Below are positions 44,755-54,487 of a stretch of DNA of 64,000 nt, piece by piece; the first letter of the stretch is position 1; each line of letters begins with the position of its first letter. The notes beneath the pieces were generated by a model, which saw nothing but the letters and a program-made list of their open reading frames with translations, did no database searches and was not told the origin of the DNA. The stretch is from Solirubrobacterales bacterium (GTDB lineage Bacteria; Actinomycetota; Thermoleophilia; Solirubrobacterales; 70-9). The translations under genes and the position numbers were made by a program. The stretch lies in the NCBI GenBank assembly GCA_025936755.1, contig JAICSS010000003.1:44272-108271 (forward strand), in the 5' to 3' direction.

Positions 44755-44862
44755 GCGAAGACCCTAATCCACATCAGGATTCCAGACTTTCTTGGTCAAC
44801 TTTGTGCTAGGGTGCCGCACCGGCAATTGAAGATTAAGTTAGTCAACTTAGAAAGGAACAGA

Positions 44863-45858
44863 ATGCGGTCTCTCTCCCTCGCCCTGCTCGCCCTGCTCGC
44901 GGCAGCCTTTGCCGGAGGCTGTGGCAGCGGCGACAGCGCCACCGGCGGCAAGCTCGACGTCGTCGGCTACTCCACCCCGGAAGCCGTCTACACCGAAGCG
45001 CTCGAGCCCGCCTTCGAAGAAAGCTCGAAAGGCTCCGGCGTCAGCTTCAGCAACTCCTTCGGGGCCTCCGGCGATCAAAGCCGTGCCGTCGCCGCGGGGC
45101 AACCCGCATCGGTGGTCCACTTCTCCCAGGCCGGCGACATGGAACGGCTGGTCGAAGAAGGCGAAATCGTCGCCAAGGGCTGGGACGAGAACAAGTACGA
45201 GGGCATCGCCCAGGACTCGGTCGTCGTCATGGTCGTCCGCAAGGGCAACCCCGAGGGCCTGAAGTCCCTGGATGACCTGCAGAGCAAGGACGTCGACGTC
45301 ATCACCCCCAACCCGTTCAGCTCGGGCTCGGCCCGCTGGAACATCATGGCCGTCTACGGCAACGCGATCGAGGCCGGAGCGTCGCCGCAGGAAGCACTCG
45401 CCCAGGTCAAGACGGTGCTCGAAAAGACCGTCGCCCAGCCGGGCAGCGGACGCGACGCCCTCGCGGCCTTCACTCAGGGTCAGGGAGACGTCCTCCTCGG
45501 CTACGAGAACGAGGCGATCAAGGCCGAAGAGGAGGGTGAAGACGTCGAATACATCGTGCCCCCCTCGACTATCCAGATCGAAACTCCGGTCGCCGTCACC
45601 AAGGACGCTCCGGAGCCCGCGGCCGAAGCCTTCCTCAACTTCATCTGGTCCGATGAAGGGCAGGAAATCTGGGCCGAAAACGGCTACCGCCCAGTCAACC
45701 CGAAGCTCCTCGACGAGAAGCGGTTCCCGACCCCCGAAGACCTGTTCCAGATCGCCGACTTCGGCGGCTGGGGCAAAGTCAACGACGAGTTCTTCGATGA
45801 CGAAAGCGGCTCGGTCGCCGAAATCGAGAAGGAACTCGGAGTCTCGACCAGCGGCTGA
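44863..45858 (+). CDS. cysP: Sulfate/thiosulfate ABC transporter substrate-binding lipoprotein
   Basis: Lipobox AFAGGCG. NPFSSGSARWN motif. Sits in an operon with cysTWA. Confidence 0.85.
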   Translation: MRSLSLALLALLAAAFAGGCGSGDSATGGKLDVVGYSTPEAVYTEALEPAFEESSKGSGVSFSNSFGASGDQSRAVAAGQPASVVHFSQAGDMERLVEEGEIVAKGWDENKYEGIAQDSVVVMVVRKGNPEGLKSLDDLQSKDVDVITPNPFSSGSARWNIMAVYGNAIEAGASPQEALAQVKTVLEKTVAQPGSGRDALAAFTQGQGDVLLGYENEAIKAEEEGEDVEYIVPPSTIQIETPVAVTKDAPEPAAEAFLNFIWSDEGQEIWAENGYRPVNPKLLDEKRFPTPEDLFQIADFGGWGKVNDEFFDDESGSVAEIEKELGVSTSG

Positions 45859-46694
45859 TGGAGGCGCAGCCGGCAAACCTCCCCGCTCCCACCGCCTCCC
45901 GGGCAAGCCTGCGCCTGCCCGGGATCGGCACCGGCGTCGGCAACGGCATGGTGGTGCTCTACCTGAGCATCGTCGTGCTGCTGCCGCTGGCCGCCGTCGG
46001 CAGCGAAGCCTTCTCCCTCGGCCTCGGCCACTTCTGGGAACAGGTCACCTCGCCGCTGGCGGTGAAGAGCCTGAAGCTGACCGTCGTCTGCTCGCTGGTC
46101 GTCGTCGTCCTCAACGGGATCTTCGGCACGATTCTCGCCTGGCTCCTGGTCCGCGACGAGTTCCCCGGCAAGAGCATTGTCAACGCCGTAATCGACCTGC
46201 CATTCGCGCTGCCGACGATCGTCGCCAGCCTGGTGCTGCTGACGCTCTACGGCTCCGACAGCCCCCTGGGGATCGATATCGCTTCGACCCGGGCCGCGGT
46301 GGTCGTGGCGCTGATGTTCGTCACCCTGCCCTTCGTCGTCCGTGCCGTGCAGCCGCTGCTGCTGGAGATGGATCGCGAGATGGAGGCCGCGGCAGCCTCG
46401 CTGGGGGCCGGCAACTTCACGATCTTCCGCCGCATCATCTTCCCGAACCTGCTCCCCGGGCTCGGTGCCGGGGTGGCCCTGGCCTTCGCCCGCGCCCTCG
46501 GCGAGTTCGGCTCGGTCCTGCTCTTCGCGGGGGGCCTGCCGGACACGACGGTCACGTCGGTCTTCATCCGCAACCAGGTCGAGTCGAACAACCTGGTCGG
46601 AGCCTCCGCCGTCTCGATGGTCCTGCTCCTCGCCTCGCTGCTGCTGCTCGGCTGCGTTTCGCTGATCCAGCGCTGGAGCGCGCGCCATGTCTAG
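45858..46694 (+). CDS. cysT: Sulfate ABC transporter permease CysT
   Basis: BPD_transp_1 permease with the EAA loop MEAAAASLGAGNFTIFRRIIFP. TGATG overlap with cysP. Confidence 0.85.
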   Translation: MEAQPANLPAPTASRASLRLPGIGTGVGNGMVVLYLSIVVLLPLAAVGSEAFSLGLGHFWEQVTSPLAVKSLKLTVVCSLVVVVLNGIFGTILAWLLVRDEFPGKSIVNAVIDLPFALPTIVASLVLLTLYGSDSPLGIDIASTRAAVVVALMFVTLPFVVRAVQPLLLEMDREMEAAAASLGAGNFTIFRRIIFPNLLPGLGAGVALAFARALGEFGSVLLFAGGLPDTTVTSVFIRNQVESNNLVGASAVSMVLLLASLLLLGCVSLIQRWSARHV

Positions 46695-47475
46695 TCGCTG
46701 GGGCCTGCGGTTTCTCGGACTCGGCTATCTGACCCTGCTGCTTCTGATCCCGCTGGCGATGATCTTCTACAAGACCTTCGAAGACGGGATCGGCCCGCCG
46801 CTCGACGCGGTCACCTCGCCCGACGGCCTGCACGCGCTGAAGCTGAGTCTGCTGATGGTCGCGATCTCCGTGCCCCTGAACACGATCTTCGGGGTCGGCT
46901 GTGCGCTGCTCCTGGTCCGCCACAAGACGAAGCTGAACCCGGGGATCGACGCGGTCATCAACCTCCCTTTCGCTGTCTCGCCGGTCGTCATCGGCCTCTC
47001 GCTCTACCTCCTCTATGGAGTCGGTGGCTGGTTCTCCTTCATCGGCGAAGAAGGCTTGAAGATCGTCTTCGCGGTGCCGGGGATGGTGCTCGCAAGCATC
47101 TTCGTCTCGCTGCCCTTCGTGGTACGCGAGACGGTGCCGGTGCTGCAGGAGATCGGGACCGACCAGGAGCGGGCCGCCTCGACGCTCGGCGCCAACGGCT
47201 GGCAGACCTTCTGGAAGATCACCCTGCCGTCGATCCGCTGGGGCGTCGCCTACGGGATCGTCCTCACCACCGCCCGGGTGCTCGGCGAGTTCGGCGCGGT
47301 GACGATCGTCTCCGGATCGATCAGCGGCCAGACCCAGACGCTGCCCCTGTTCGTCGAGAAGCAGTACGCCAACTTCAACTCAACCGGCGCCTACGGCGCC
47401 TCCCTGGTGCTGGCGCTCCTGGCGCTGATCACCTTGTTCGCGATGAACCTGCTGAAACGGAAGGAGGACGCCTGA
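46687..47475 (+). CDS. cysW: Sulfate ABC transporter permease CysW
   Basis: Second permease with the EAA loop [22 protein letters not shown]. Confidence 0.85.
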   Translation: MSSRWGLRFLGLGYLTLLLLIPLAMIFYKTFEDGIGPPLDAVTSPDGLHALKLSLLMVAISVPLNTIFGVGCALLLVRHKTKLNPGIDAVINLPFAVSPVVIGLSLYLLYGVGGWFSFIGEEGLKIVFAVPGMVLASIFVSLPFVVRETVPVLQEIGTDQERAASTLGANGWQTFWKITLPSIRWGVAYGIVLTTARVLGEFGAVTIVSGSISGQTQTLPLFVEKQYANFNSTGAYGASLVLALLALITLFAMNLLKRKEDA

Positions 47476-48512
47476 TGGGAATCTCAGTCGAGGGAGCAAA
47501 CAAGCGCTTCGGTGGCTTTCAGGCGCTTGACGACGTATCGATCGAGGTCCCGGACGGGTCGCTGACCGCCTTGCTCGGGCCCAGCGGCTCCGGCAAGTCC
47601 ACCCTGCTGCGGGCGATCGCCGGGCTCGAGGACCTGGATTCTGGCCTGGTGACGATCAACGGCGAGAACGCGACGGGCAAGCCGGCGCAGAAGCGCGGCG
47701 TTGGCTTCGTCTTCCAGCACTACGCCGCCTTCAAGCACATGACCGTGTACGACAACGTCGCCTTCGGGCTGAAGATCCGCAGGTGGGAGAGGGAGAAGAT
47801 CTCCCAGCGCGTCCACGAGCTGCTCGACCTGGTCCAGCTCCCCGGCCTCGCCGACCGCTACCCCTCCCAGCTCTCCGGCGGGCAGCGGCAGCGGATGGCG
47901 CTGGCGCGGGCGCTCGCGGTGGAGCCGCAGGTGCTGCTGCTCGACGAGCCCTTCGGGGCGCTCGACGCCAAGGTCCGCAAGGACCTGCGGACCTGGCTGC
48001 GCAACCTCCACGAGGAGATGCACGTGACGACGATCTTCGTCACCCACGACCAGGAGGAGGCGATGGACGTCGCCGGCCAGCTGGTGGTGATGAACGAGGG
48101 GCGGGTGGAGCAGTCCGGCAGCGCCGACGACCTCTACGAGCACCCGGCCAACGAGTTCGTGATGAGCTTCGTCGGCGAGGTCAACCGGCTCGGCGACCAC
48201 TTCGTGCGCCCGCACGACATGGAAGTCGTCCTCGACCGCGACGAGCGCAGCCAGGAGGGCCTGGTCCAGCGGATCGTCACCCTCGGCTTCGAGGTCCGGG
48301 TCGAGCTCGTCCTCTCCGACGGGACCGAGGTCTGGGCGCAGCTGACCCGGGCCGAACTCCAGCGCCTGGAGCTGCGCGAGAGCCAGATCGCCTACCTGCG
48401 TCCGGTCCAGGCCAAGAGCTTCAACGGTTCGTCGCCGTCCCTCCCCGACGGGGCCTCGACTCCCCTCGGGTCCCGGGACGGCGGCGACGCAGGCCTCCCT
48501 GCAGCCGTCTGA
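47475..48512 (+). CDS. cysA: Sulfate ABC transporter ATP-binding protein CysA
   Basis: [23 protein letters not shown] and a C-terminal TOBE-like domain. Confidence 0.9.
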   Translation: MGISVEGANKRFGGFQALDDVSIEVPDGSLTALLGPSGSGKSTLLRAIAGLEDLDSGLVTINGENATGKPAQKRGVGFVFQHYAAFKHMTVYDNVAFGLKIRRWEREKISQRVHELLDLVQLPGLADRYPSQLSGGQRQRMALARALAVEPQVLLLDEPFGALDAKVRKDLRTWLRNLHEEMHVTTIFVTHDQEEAMDVAGQLVVMNEGRVEQSGSADDLYEHPANEFVMSFVGEVNRLGDHFVRPHDMEVVLDRDERSQEGLVQRIVTLGFEVRVELVLSDGTEVWAQLTRAELQRLELRESQIAYLRPVQAKSFNGSSPSLPDGASTPLGSRDGGDAGLPAAV

Positions 48513-48573
48513 AGAGGCGACGGGGCGGGGCGTCTTCTTGCCGGGTGACGCCCCGCCCCGACTCGCCGCCTCT
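48513..48573 (+). terminator. GC-rich stem-loop after cysA
   Basis: GACGGGGCGGGGCGTC / GACGCCCCGCCCCG stem. No clear U-tract. Confidence 0.45.
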
Positions 48574-48706
48574 CGGCTGGGACCGGGCAGAACCGGACCA
48601 CCCAGGCGGGTGCGGTTGAGCTTTGGCCTCATATAGCGCCGCAAAGCTCAACCACACCCGGGCGCCGGGATCACGGAAGCGATACGGATCTGCCAGGCTT
48701 TCGCGC

Positions 48707-49192
48707 ATGAGCGCGCCGGAGCCGCAGGGGGAGCCGATCACCCAGGAGGGCCTGGAGGAGCTGAAAGCGGAGCTGGCCGAGCTGGAAGGCCCGGCCCGCA
48801 AAGCGATGGCGGCGCGGATCAAGGTCGCCCGCGAGGAGGGCGACCTCAAGGAGAACGCCGAGTATCACGTCGCCAAAGAGGACCAGGCGCACATGGAGAC
48901 CAGGATCAAGCGGCTGCAGGAACGGCTGCGGAACGCGGTCGTGGTCGAGGTCTCCGCGCTCGACAGCGACTTCTTCTCCTTCGGCCGCACCGCCGAGGTG
49001 CTCGACGAGTCCAAGGGCGAGAGCGTCGAGTGGACGCTGGTCGGCTCGACCGAGGCGAACCTGGCCGAAGGGCGACTCTCGGCCGAGTCGCCGATCGGCC
49101 GCGCCCTGATGGACGCCAAGGTCGGCTCCACCGTCGTGGTCGAGACGCCGAAGGGCGACCGCTCCTTCAAGGTCGTCAGGCTGGTCTCCTGA
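48707..49192 (+). CDS. greA: Transcription elongation factor GreA
   Basis: ITQEGLEELKAELAELE ... REEGDLKENAEYHVAKEDQ coiled coil plus a C-terminal FKBP-like domain. ATG at 48707. Confidence 0.9.
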   Translation: MSAPEPQGEPITQEGLEELKAELAELEGPARKAMAARIKVAREEGDLKENAEYHVAKEDQAHMETRIKRLQERLRNAVVVEVSALDSDFFSFGRTAEVLDESKGESVEWTLVGSTEANLAEGRLSAESPIGRALMDAKVGSTVVVETPKGDRSFKVVRLVS

Positions 49193-49198
49193 CGCCGG

Positions 49199-50107
49199 AT
49201 GCTGAGGCTCCGCTCCTCCGTCCCCGACCACCAGGCCGATGACTTCGGAGCGTTGCTGCGCGACCTCGAAGGGGTGCGCCGGGTTGTGCGACAGGCCGAG
49301 ACCGAGGCCCCCGGCGGCTCCTTCGTCTTCGTCGCCGACGTCGAGCCCGCCGTCGCCGACCGCCTGATCGAGGCGATCGCCGAGCTCGGGCTCGAAGGCG
49401 ACGACTACGTCCTCAGCAAGATCGAGGTGGTCGCCCCGCAGCACCGCCACCGCCACGGCGAAGACGGGATCGAAGGCTTCGCCTGGGTCGAGGTGATGGG
49501 ACAGGCGCGGGCGAACTCGCGGCCCCTGGCCCGCTACCTGGCGCTGATCAACGTCTCCGCCGTGATCGCCGCCCTCGGCGTCATCACCTCGAGCTCGATC
49601 CTGATCGTCGGCGCGATGGCGGTCAGCCCCGACCTGCTGCCGATCTGCGCCACCGCCGTCGGCATCGTCGGGGGGCGCTACGGCCTCGCCCAGCGGGCTT
49701 TCACCACCCTCGTCCTCGGCCTCGGCCTGGTGGTCGTCACGGCGATGGTCCTCAGCGCCCTCCTGAAATGGACCGGGTTCCTCCCCGACCACTTCGCGGT
49801 CGAGCAGAGCAGCCTCTCCACCCTCGCCAAAACCGACTACTCGACCGTGCTGATCGCGCTGGCGGCAGGGGTCGCGGCGATGCTCTCCTTCGAGACCCGG
49901 GCCAGCGCCGCCGTCGGCGTCGCGATCTCGGTGACGACGATCCCCGCCTCGGCCTACCTCGGCGTCGCCCTCGGCGGCGGCGGCATCGAGCACGCGCTCG
50001 GCGCCGCCGTGGTCCTGGCGATCAACGTCTCGCTGCTGATCGTCTCCGCCAGCCTCACGCTGGCGGTGCAGCGATGGCTTCCGAATCGCTCCGGGGCTCC
50101 GATTTAG
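49199..50107 (+). CDS. DUF389-family membrane protein
   Basis: Soluble N-terminal domain followed by a polytopic region (ISVTTIPASAYLGVAL), typical of DUF389. Confidence 0.65.
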   Translation: MLRLRSSVPDHQADDFGALLRDLEGVRRVVRQAETEAPGGSFVFVADVEPAVADRLIEAIAELGLEGDDYVLSKIEVVAPQHRHRHGEDGIEGFAWVEVMGQARANSRPLARYLALINVSAVIAALGVITSSSILIVGAMAVSPDLLPICATAVGIVGGRYGLAQRAFTTLVLGLGLVVVTAMVLSALLKWTGFLPDHFAVEQSSLSTLAKTDYSTVLIALAAGVAAMLSFETRASAAVGVAISVTTIPASAYLGVALGGGGIEHALGAAVVLAINVSLLIVSASLTLAVQRWLPNRSGAPI

Positions 50108-51065
50108 GCGACTCCGCCAGCGGTTGCGACCATGGCGCCGGCGCCGGGCGCCATTCGTCGTAGACGACTTCGGTGTCCGAGAAGCGGTCTTCCCAGGCCC
50201 GCCGGCGCTCGCCGAAGACGACGCCGAGGAAGCCGATCCCGAAGCTGAGGACGGAGAGGCCGAGGCCGAGGAGGCGCCGGAAGCTGCGCCGCGGCGTCAG
50301 GCGCTCCTCCGCGAGGCGGACACCGAGGAAACGCATCCCCGGCGTCTGCCCGGCCAGGGACCAGAAGCCGAGCAGGTAGATCGCGCCGAAGGAGAGCCAG
50401 GCGGTCGAGCCGATCGCGATCGCGAGCCCGCTCCCGCCTTCGCCGTTGCCGCCGAAGACGTTGGCGACCAGGGTGACGAGGGCGACGAACGCGGTGAAGG
50501 CGAGGTTGACGAAGACGCCGTCGACGATCATCGCCAGACCGCGGCTGACGAACCCGGCGCGGTCGCTCGGCAGGACCCGGGGCCGGCGAAAGAAGATGCG
50601 ACGCAGGAGGCGCTCGAAGCGAGCGTCGAGGCGGCGGGCGAGGTTCCCGATCGTCCGCCCGATGTCCTCCACCAGGCCCATCCCCTGGGCGCCGATCGCC
50701 GCCCGCACCTCGGGCGCCTCGGCGATCCGCTCGACCAGCTGCTGCGCCTGGTCTGAGGCCAGCAGCCGCCGCCAGACCTCGTCGACGAGCTCGGAGTCCA
50801 TCGCTTCCAGCAGCGCCTTCTTCACGGCCTCGCTCTCCAGCGCCCCCTCGACCGCCTCCTGGACCACCGGGCCTTCGAGCACCCGCGCCATCGCCCGCTC
50901 GACCGCCTGGCTCTCGACCGCGGCGACGATCGCCTCCTCGGCGGCGGCTTCGACGGCGCGGTCGATCCCGGTCGCTCTGGTTACGGTGCGAGCGCCTCGC
51001 ACTCCGACGCCGAGGAGGCGCGCCGGAATCGGAGACCTACCGTTCGGGGACGCTCCGTTCTCCAT
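50055..51065 (-). CDS. RDD-family membrane protein with a helical N-terminal repeat region
   Basis: RAGFVSRGLAMIVDGVFV ... GQTPGMRFLGVRL are RDD motifs. Confidence 0.68.
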   Translation of the reverse strand: MENGASPNGRSPIPARLLGVGVRGARTVTRATGIDRAVEAAAEEAIVAAVESQAVERAMARVLEGPVVQEAVEGALESEAVKKALLEAMDSELVDEVWRRLLASDQAQQLVERIAEAPEVRAAIGAQGMGLVEDIGRTIGNLARRLDARFERLLRRIFFRRPRVLPSDRAGFVSRGLAMIVDGVFVNLAFTAFVALVTLVANVFGGNGEGGSGLAIAIGSTAWLSFGAIYLLGFWSLAGQTPGMRFLGVRLAEERLTPRRSFRRLLGLGLSVLSFGIGFLGVVFGERRRAWEDRFSDTEVVYDEWRPAPAPWSQPLAESPKSEPRSDSEAIAAPPA

Positions 51066-51543
51066 CTGCCGACCCTAACCGCTCGAGCAGGCGATCCAAA
51101 AGCTCTGCTTGGGCGGGGAGGATCTTCTCCCGCGCCGTCTCGAGGTCGAACCACTCGGCCTTGTCGACCTCGGGGAACTCCTGCTCGCCGCCGCTGCGGG
51201 GCGGCCATTCCATGCTGAAGGTGTTGCTGTCGAGCTCCGCCGGGTCGAACTCGGCCTCCGCCGCCCAGGCCTCGACCACTTTTCCGGCCCGCTGCTTGAT
51301 CGACCCCAGCTCGACCAGCTGGCCGGGATCGAGCGCCGGCGCCCGGCCCAGCTCCTCTTCGAGCTCGCGGATCGCGCAGGCGCGCGCCTCCTCCTCGTGT
51401 TCGATCTGCCCCTTCGGGATCGTCCAGGCGCCGCGGTCTTTGCGCTTCCAGAACGGGCCGCCGGGATGGACGAGGAGGAACTCGACCCCGGCTTCGCCGC
51501 CGCGGCGGAAGAGGAGGATCCCGGCGCTGTGCTTGCTCGCCAT
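51037..51543 (-). CDS. NUDIX hydrolase
   Basis: Nudix box GQIEHEEEARACAIRELEEELG. Confidence 0.8.
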   Translation of the reverse strand: MASKHSAGILLFRRGGEAGVEFLLVHPGGPFWKRKDRGAWTIPKGQIEHEEEARACAIRELEEELGRAPALDPGQLVELGSIKQRAGKVVEAWAAEAEFDPAELDSNTFSMEWPPRSGGEQEFPEVDKAEWFDLETAREKILPAQAELLDRLLERLGSADGERSVPER

Positions 51544-51582
51544 CGACCCGAGTCATACCCGACTCGGGTCGATGGAAGCGTT

Positions 51583-53106
51583 TTATCCGCCCAGCCTGAA
51601 GGCAACCAGTTTCGGGGTCTGCCCTTCGGCGGCCGGCAGGCCAGCGCCGGCGAGCAGCATGTCGCCGGTGACCGTCACGCCGGCGTTGGTCCCCGACGGC
51701 AGGGCCGCCTGCCACAGTTCGCCGCCTTTGGCGGAGTCGAGGGCGTGGATGACGCCGTCGGCCGTGGTCGCGAAGACGACGTCGTTGGAGACGACCAGCG
51801 AGCCGTATGCCGGCTGCGACATTTCGGTCGTCCAGAGGACCTTGCCGGTGGCGATGTCGAGCGCCGCCACTTCGCCGGTCGCGGTGCTTTCTTCGGTCGT
51901 TTCTTCGCCGTTGACCAGGGTCAGCGAGTGGTTGACGATGGGCACGTAGATTCGTTTGGCGTCGGCCGCCGCCAGGGCGACGACGCCGCCGATCGCACCC
52001 GGGAAGACTTCGCCCGGCTTGATCTTGTCGTATTCGCCCTTCATCGCGTACATGGGGTCGTTGTCGTGGCCGTTGTGCTTGCCGACGCTGGTCCGCCAGA
52101 CCGGCTTCCCCGTCTTGACGTCGACGGCGACCACGAAGCCGGACTTGCCGGAGCCGATCGCCACTTCCCTGCCGCCCAGCTTGGTGATGATCGGCGAGTT
52201 CTGGAAGTCCCAGTCGTAGATGTTGTGCGGGGTCTCCTGGTAGTACCAGATGAGCTTGCCCGTCTTCGGATCCAGTTTCACCATCGAGTCCGCGTAGAGG
52301 TTCGGGCCCGGCCGGCTCGAGCCGAAGGGTTCGCCCTTGGCGCCGGGCAGCGGCGCCGGGTTGCCGGTGCCGGCGTAGACGAAGCCTTTGCCGTCGAAGG
52401 AGGGCGGGTACCAGAGGCCGCCGCCGGAATTCACCTTCGGCTTGCCCCAGAGGCTTTTCGGGACCGTGTCCCAGTGCCACAGTTTCTTCCCGGTCTTGCC
52501 GTCCATCGCCCAGAGCGTCCCGACCGCCCCCGCTTCGTATTCGGCCGCCGGCGTCTCCGGCACCGTCGAGACGTAGACCCGGCCGTCGTTGACGCCCGGG
52601 GCCATGTCGATCGCCCCTTCGAGGTCGACCTGCCAGGCGGTCTTGCCGGTTTCCTGGTCGAGGGCGAACGCTTCCGAGGAGGTCGCCCCGTAGACGAATC
52701 CGTCGGCGACCGCGAGGCCGTTGGGCCCGTGGCTCGGCGATTCCCACTTCTTCGTCCAGAGGACTTCGCCGCTTTCGAGGTCGATCGCCTGGACGTTGGA
52801 TTCGAGGTCCTGCGAGTAGATCACCCCGTTGGCGATCACCGGCGTCGAGGCGTAGCTGCCGTAGACGCCGACGCCCTTGACCGGGAGCGACCAGGCTTCT
52901 TCCAGTTCGGAGACGTTGCCGCTGTCGATCTTGCTCGCTGCCGCCCGGTGGCTGGCGGCGTCGATGTTCGGAAGCGCTTCGCCGCTGAAGTTGGCGTCTC
53001 CCGAGGAGGACGAGGACGACGAGGAGCCGCACCCCGCCAGCAGCACTCCCACCGCGACAACCGCCGCGAGCAGCGGCAACCTCCAGAACCTAGACGGCAT
53101 CGACAT
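51583..53106 (-). CDS. PQQ-repeat beta-propeller lipoprotein
   Basis: Lipobox LLAGCGS. Repeated 'G...W' propeller blades (DLESGEVLW, DQETGKTAW, DGKTGKKLW, DPKTGKLIW, DVKTGKPVW, DIATGKVLW, DSAKGGELW). Confidence 0.78.
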   Translation of the reverse strand: MSMPSRFWRLPLLAAVVAVGVLLAGCGSSSSSSSSGDANFSGEALPNIDAASHRAAASKIDSGNVSELEEAWSLPVKGVGVYGSYASTPVIANGVIYSQDLESNVQAIDLESGEVLWTKKWESPSHGPNGLAVADGFVYGATSSEAFALDQETGKTAWQVDLEGAIDMAPGVNDGRVYVSTVPETPAAEYEAGAVGTLWAMDGKTGKKLWHWDTVPKSLWGKPKVNSGGGLWYPPSFDGKGFVYAGTGNPAPLPGAKGEPFGSSRPGPNLYADSMVKLDPKTGKLIWYYQETPHNIYDWDFQNSPIITKLGGREVAIGSGKSGFVVAVDVKTGKPVWRTSVGKHNGHDNDPMYAMKGEYDKIKPGEVFPGAIGGVVALAAADAKRIYVPIVNHSLTLVNGEETTEESTATGEVAALDIATGKVLWTTEMSQPAYGSLVVSNDVVFATTADGVIHALDSAKGGELWQAALPSGTNAGVTVTGDMLLAGAGLPAAEGQTPKLVAFRLGG

Positions 53107-53118
53107 CCCACTTCCTCC

Positions 53119-54477
53119 CTAATCGAGTAATAAGGACTTGTCTTCTATCGTTTCAGAAATTCCCGCAAAGTGGACACCGAGTTCACTCAGCAGCGGTTGC
53201 AGGACGCGGTTGGCGAGCAGGCCGAGGCTGCCGAGGTTGGCGAAGCCCGGTCCCTGCCGCAGGCCGCCGAGGCCGGGGATGTGGAGGCGCGGCCGCACGC
53301 CTTCCAGTTCCAGGCCGCGGCCGATCGGGACCTCCGTCTTCGGCGGGCTGTCCCAGAGCGGCCCGCACTGTTCTTCGACCTCGTCGCGGACGGCGTCGGG
53401 GAAGAGCCCGCGCAGCTGCCTCAGCAGGTCGAAGCCGGTGCAGTTGACGACGTAGTCGTAGCGCTGGGACCGCTCCCCTTCCGAGGGGCTGTCGAATTCG
53501 AGCAGCGCCGCCTCGCCGTCCGCGGCGAGGGAGACGTGCATCGCCCGCCCGCAGACGAACGAGAGGTGGTCGTCGTCGGCGATCCGCTCCAGGACGCTGG
53601 CGTCGAAGACGCCGCGGTCGCAATGCTTGACGAAGTCCCGCCGCGTCTCGACGTCGAGGTGTTCCCAGTCGACGTTGTCGGGGTCGGCAAAGACGCGGTT
53701 CTCGAGGAAGCTCTCGCCGCGGCTCAACGGCAGGGTCGGCGTGTAGACCGTCAGCCGCGCCTGCGGCCGCAGCGCGCGCAGGAAGACGAGGGCGCTGAGG
53801 GCGCTCTCGCCGCCGCCGATGATCGCGATCTCCACCGGCTCGCCCTCGGGCACCCGGGCGAGTTCCTCGCGCCGGCTGTCGCAGTGGAAGACGCGGGACT
53901 CGACCTCGGGATCGTGCGGGAAGTGGCGGTGCACGCCGGGGCCGGTGAGGACGAGGACGCGGCCCCGGTGGCTCTCGGGGTCCTCCGCCCGACCGCGCTC
54001 GGCGACCTCGGCCTGCCAGCTCTCGTGCCCTTCGGCGAGCGCGACCTCGGTCACCCGGCCGTCGTAGATGGAGACCCCCTCCGTCGCCCGTTCCAGCACC
54101 CATCCCAGGTACCGGCCGTAGTCGCGGTGCATCACCGAGGGCGAGCCCGAGTTGACCCAGGTCGCGTATTCGTGCCGTTCCATCGCGAAGCGCTGCCAGG
54201 TGAACGGCAGCAGGGCGGCGTCGATCTCGTCGCCCACCTGGCCGAACTGACGGCTGCTCTGGTATGGGAAGCCGACGTCCTTGACCGGCGGGATCGCCAG
54301 CGGCTCCTCGCCCGAGGTCATCCCGTTGCGCCCGAGCCAGGAGGCGGCGGGCTCGGTTTTCTCGATCACGGTCATCGAGATCTCGCCCAGGCCGAGCGTG
54401 TTGATCGTGTGCACCTTGGCGGCCAGCGCGGCGGCCTTGGCGCCGGCGCCGACGACGAGGATGTCGCTCTCGCTCAT
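53119..54477 (-). CDS. FAD/NAD(P)-binding monooxygenase, lysine/ornithine N-hydroxylase-like
   Basis: ILVVGAGAKAAALA and a second dinucleotide fold IAIIGGGESALSAL. Size and layout resemble the SidA/IucD/PvdA family. Confidence 0.62.
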   Translation of the reverse strand: MSESDILVVGAGAKAAALAAKVHTINTLGLGEISMTVIEKTEPAASWLGRNGMTSGEEPLAIPPVKDVGFPYQSSRQFGQVGDEIDAALLPFTWQRFAMERHEYATWVNSGSPSVMHRDYGRYLGWVLERATEGVSIYDGRVTEVALAEGHESWQAEVAERGRAEDPESHRGRVLVLTGPGVHRHFPHDPEVESRVFHCDSRREELARVPEGEPVEIAIIGGGESALSALVFLRALRPQARLTVYTPTLPLSRGESFLENRVFADPDNVDWEHLDVETRRDFVKHCDRGVFDASVLERIADDDHLSFVCGRAMHVSLAADGEAALLEFDSPSEGERSQRYDYVVNCTGFDLLRQLRGLFPDAVRDEVEEQCGPLWDSPPKTEVPIGRGLELEGVRPRLHIPGLGGLRQGPGFANLGSLGLLANRVLQPLLSELGVHFAGISETIEDKSLLLD

Positions 54478-54487
54478 GCCCGCTCCC

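Noticed and set aside
50055-50107. 53-nt convergent overlap between the DUF389 and RDD genes as evidence of a mis-called gene
   Set aside because: Both ORFs carry family motifs well inside the non-overlapping parts. The overlap is unusual but does not invalidate either call, though the exact 3' ends remain uncertain.
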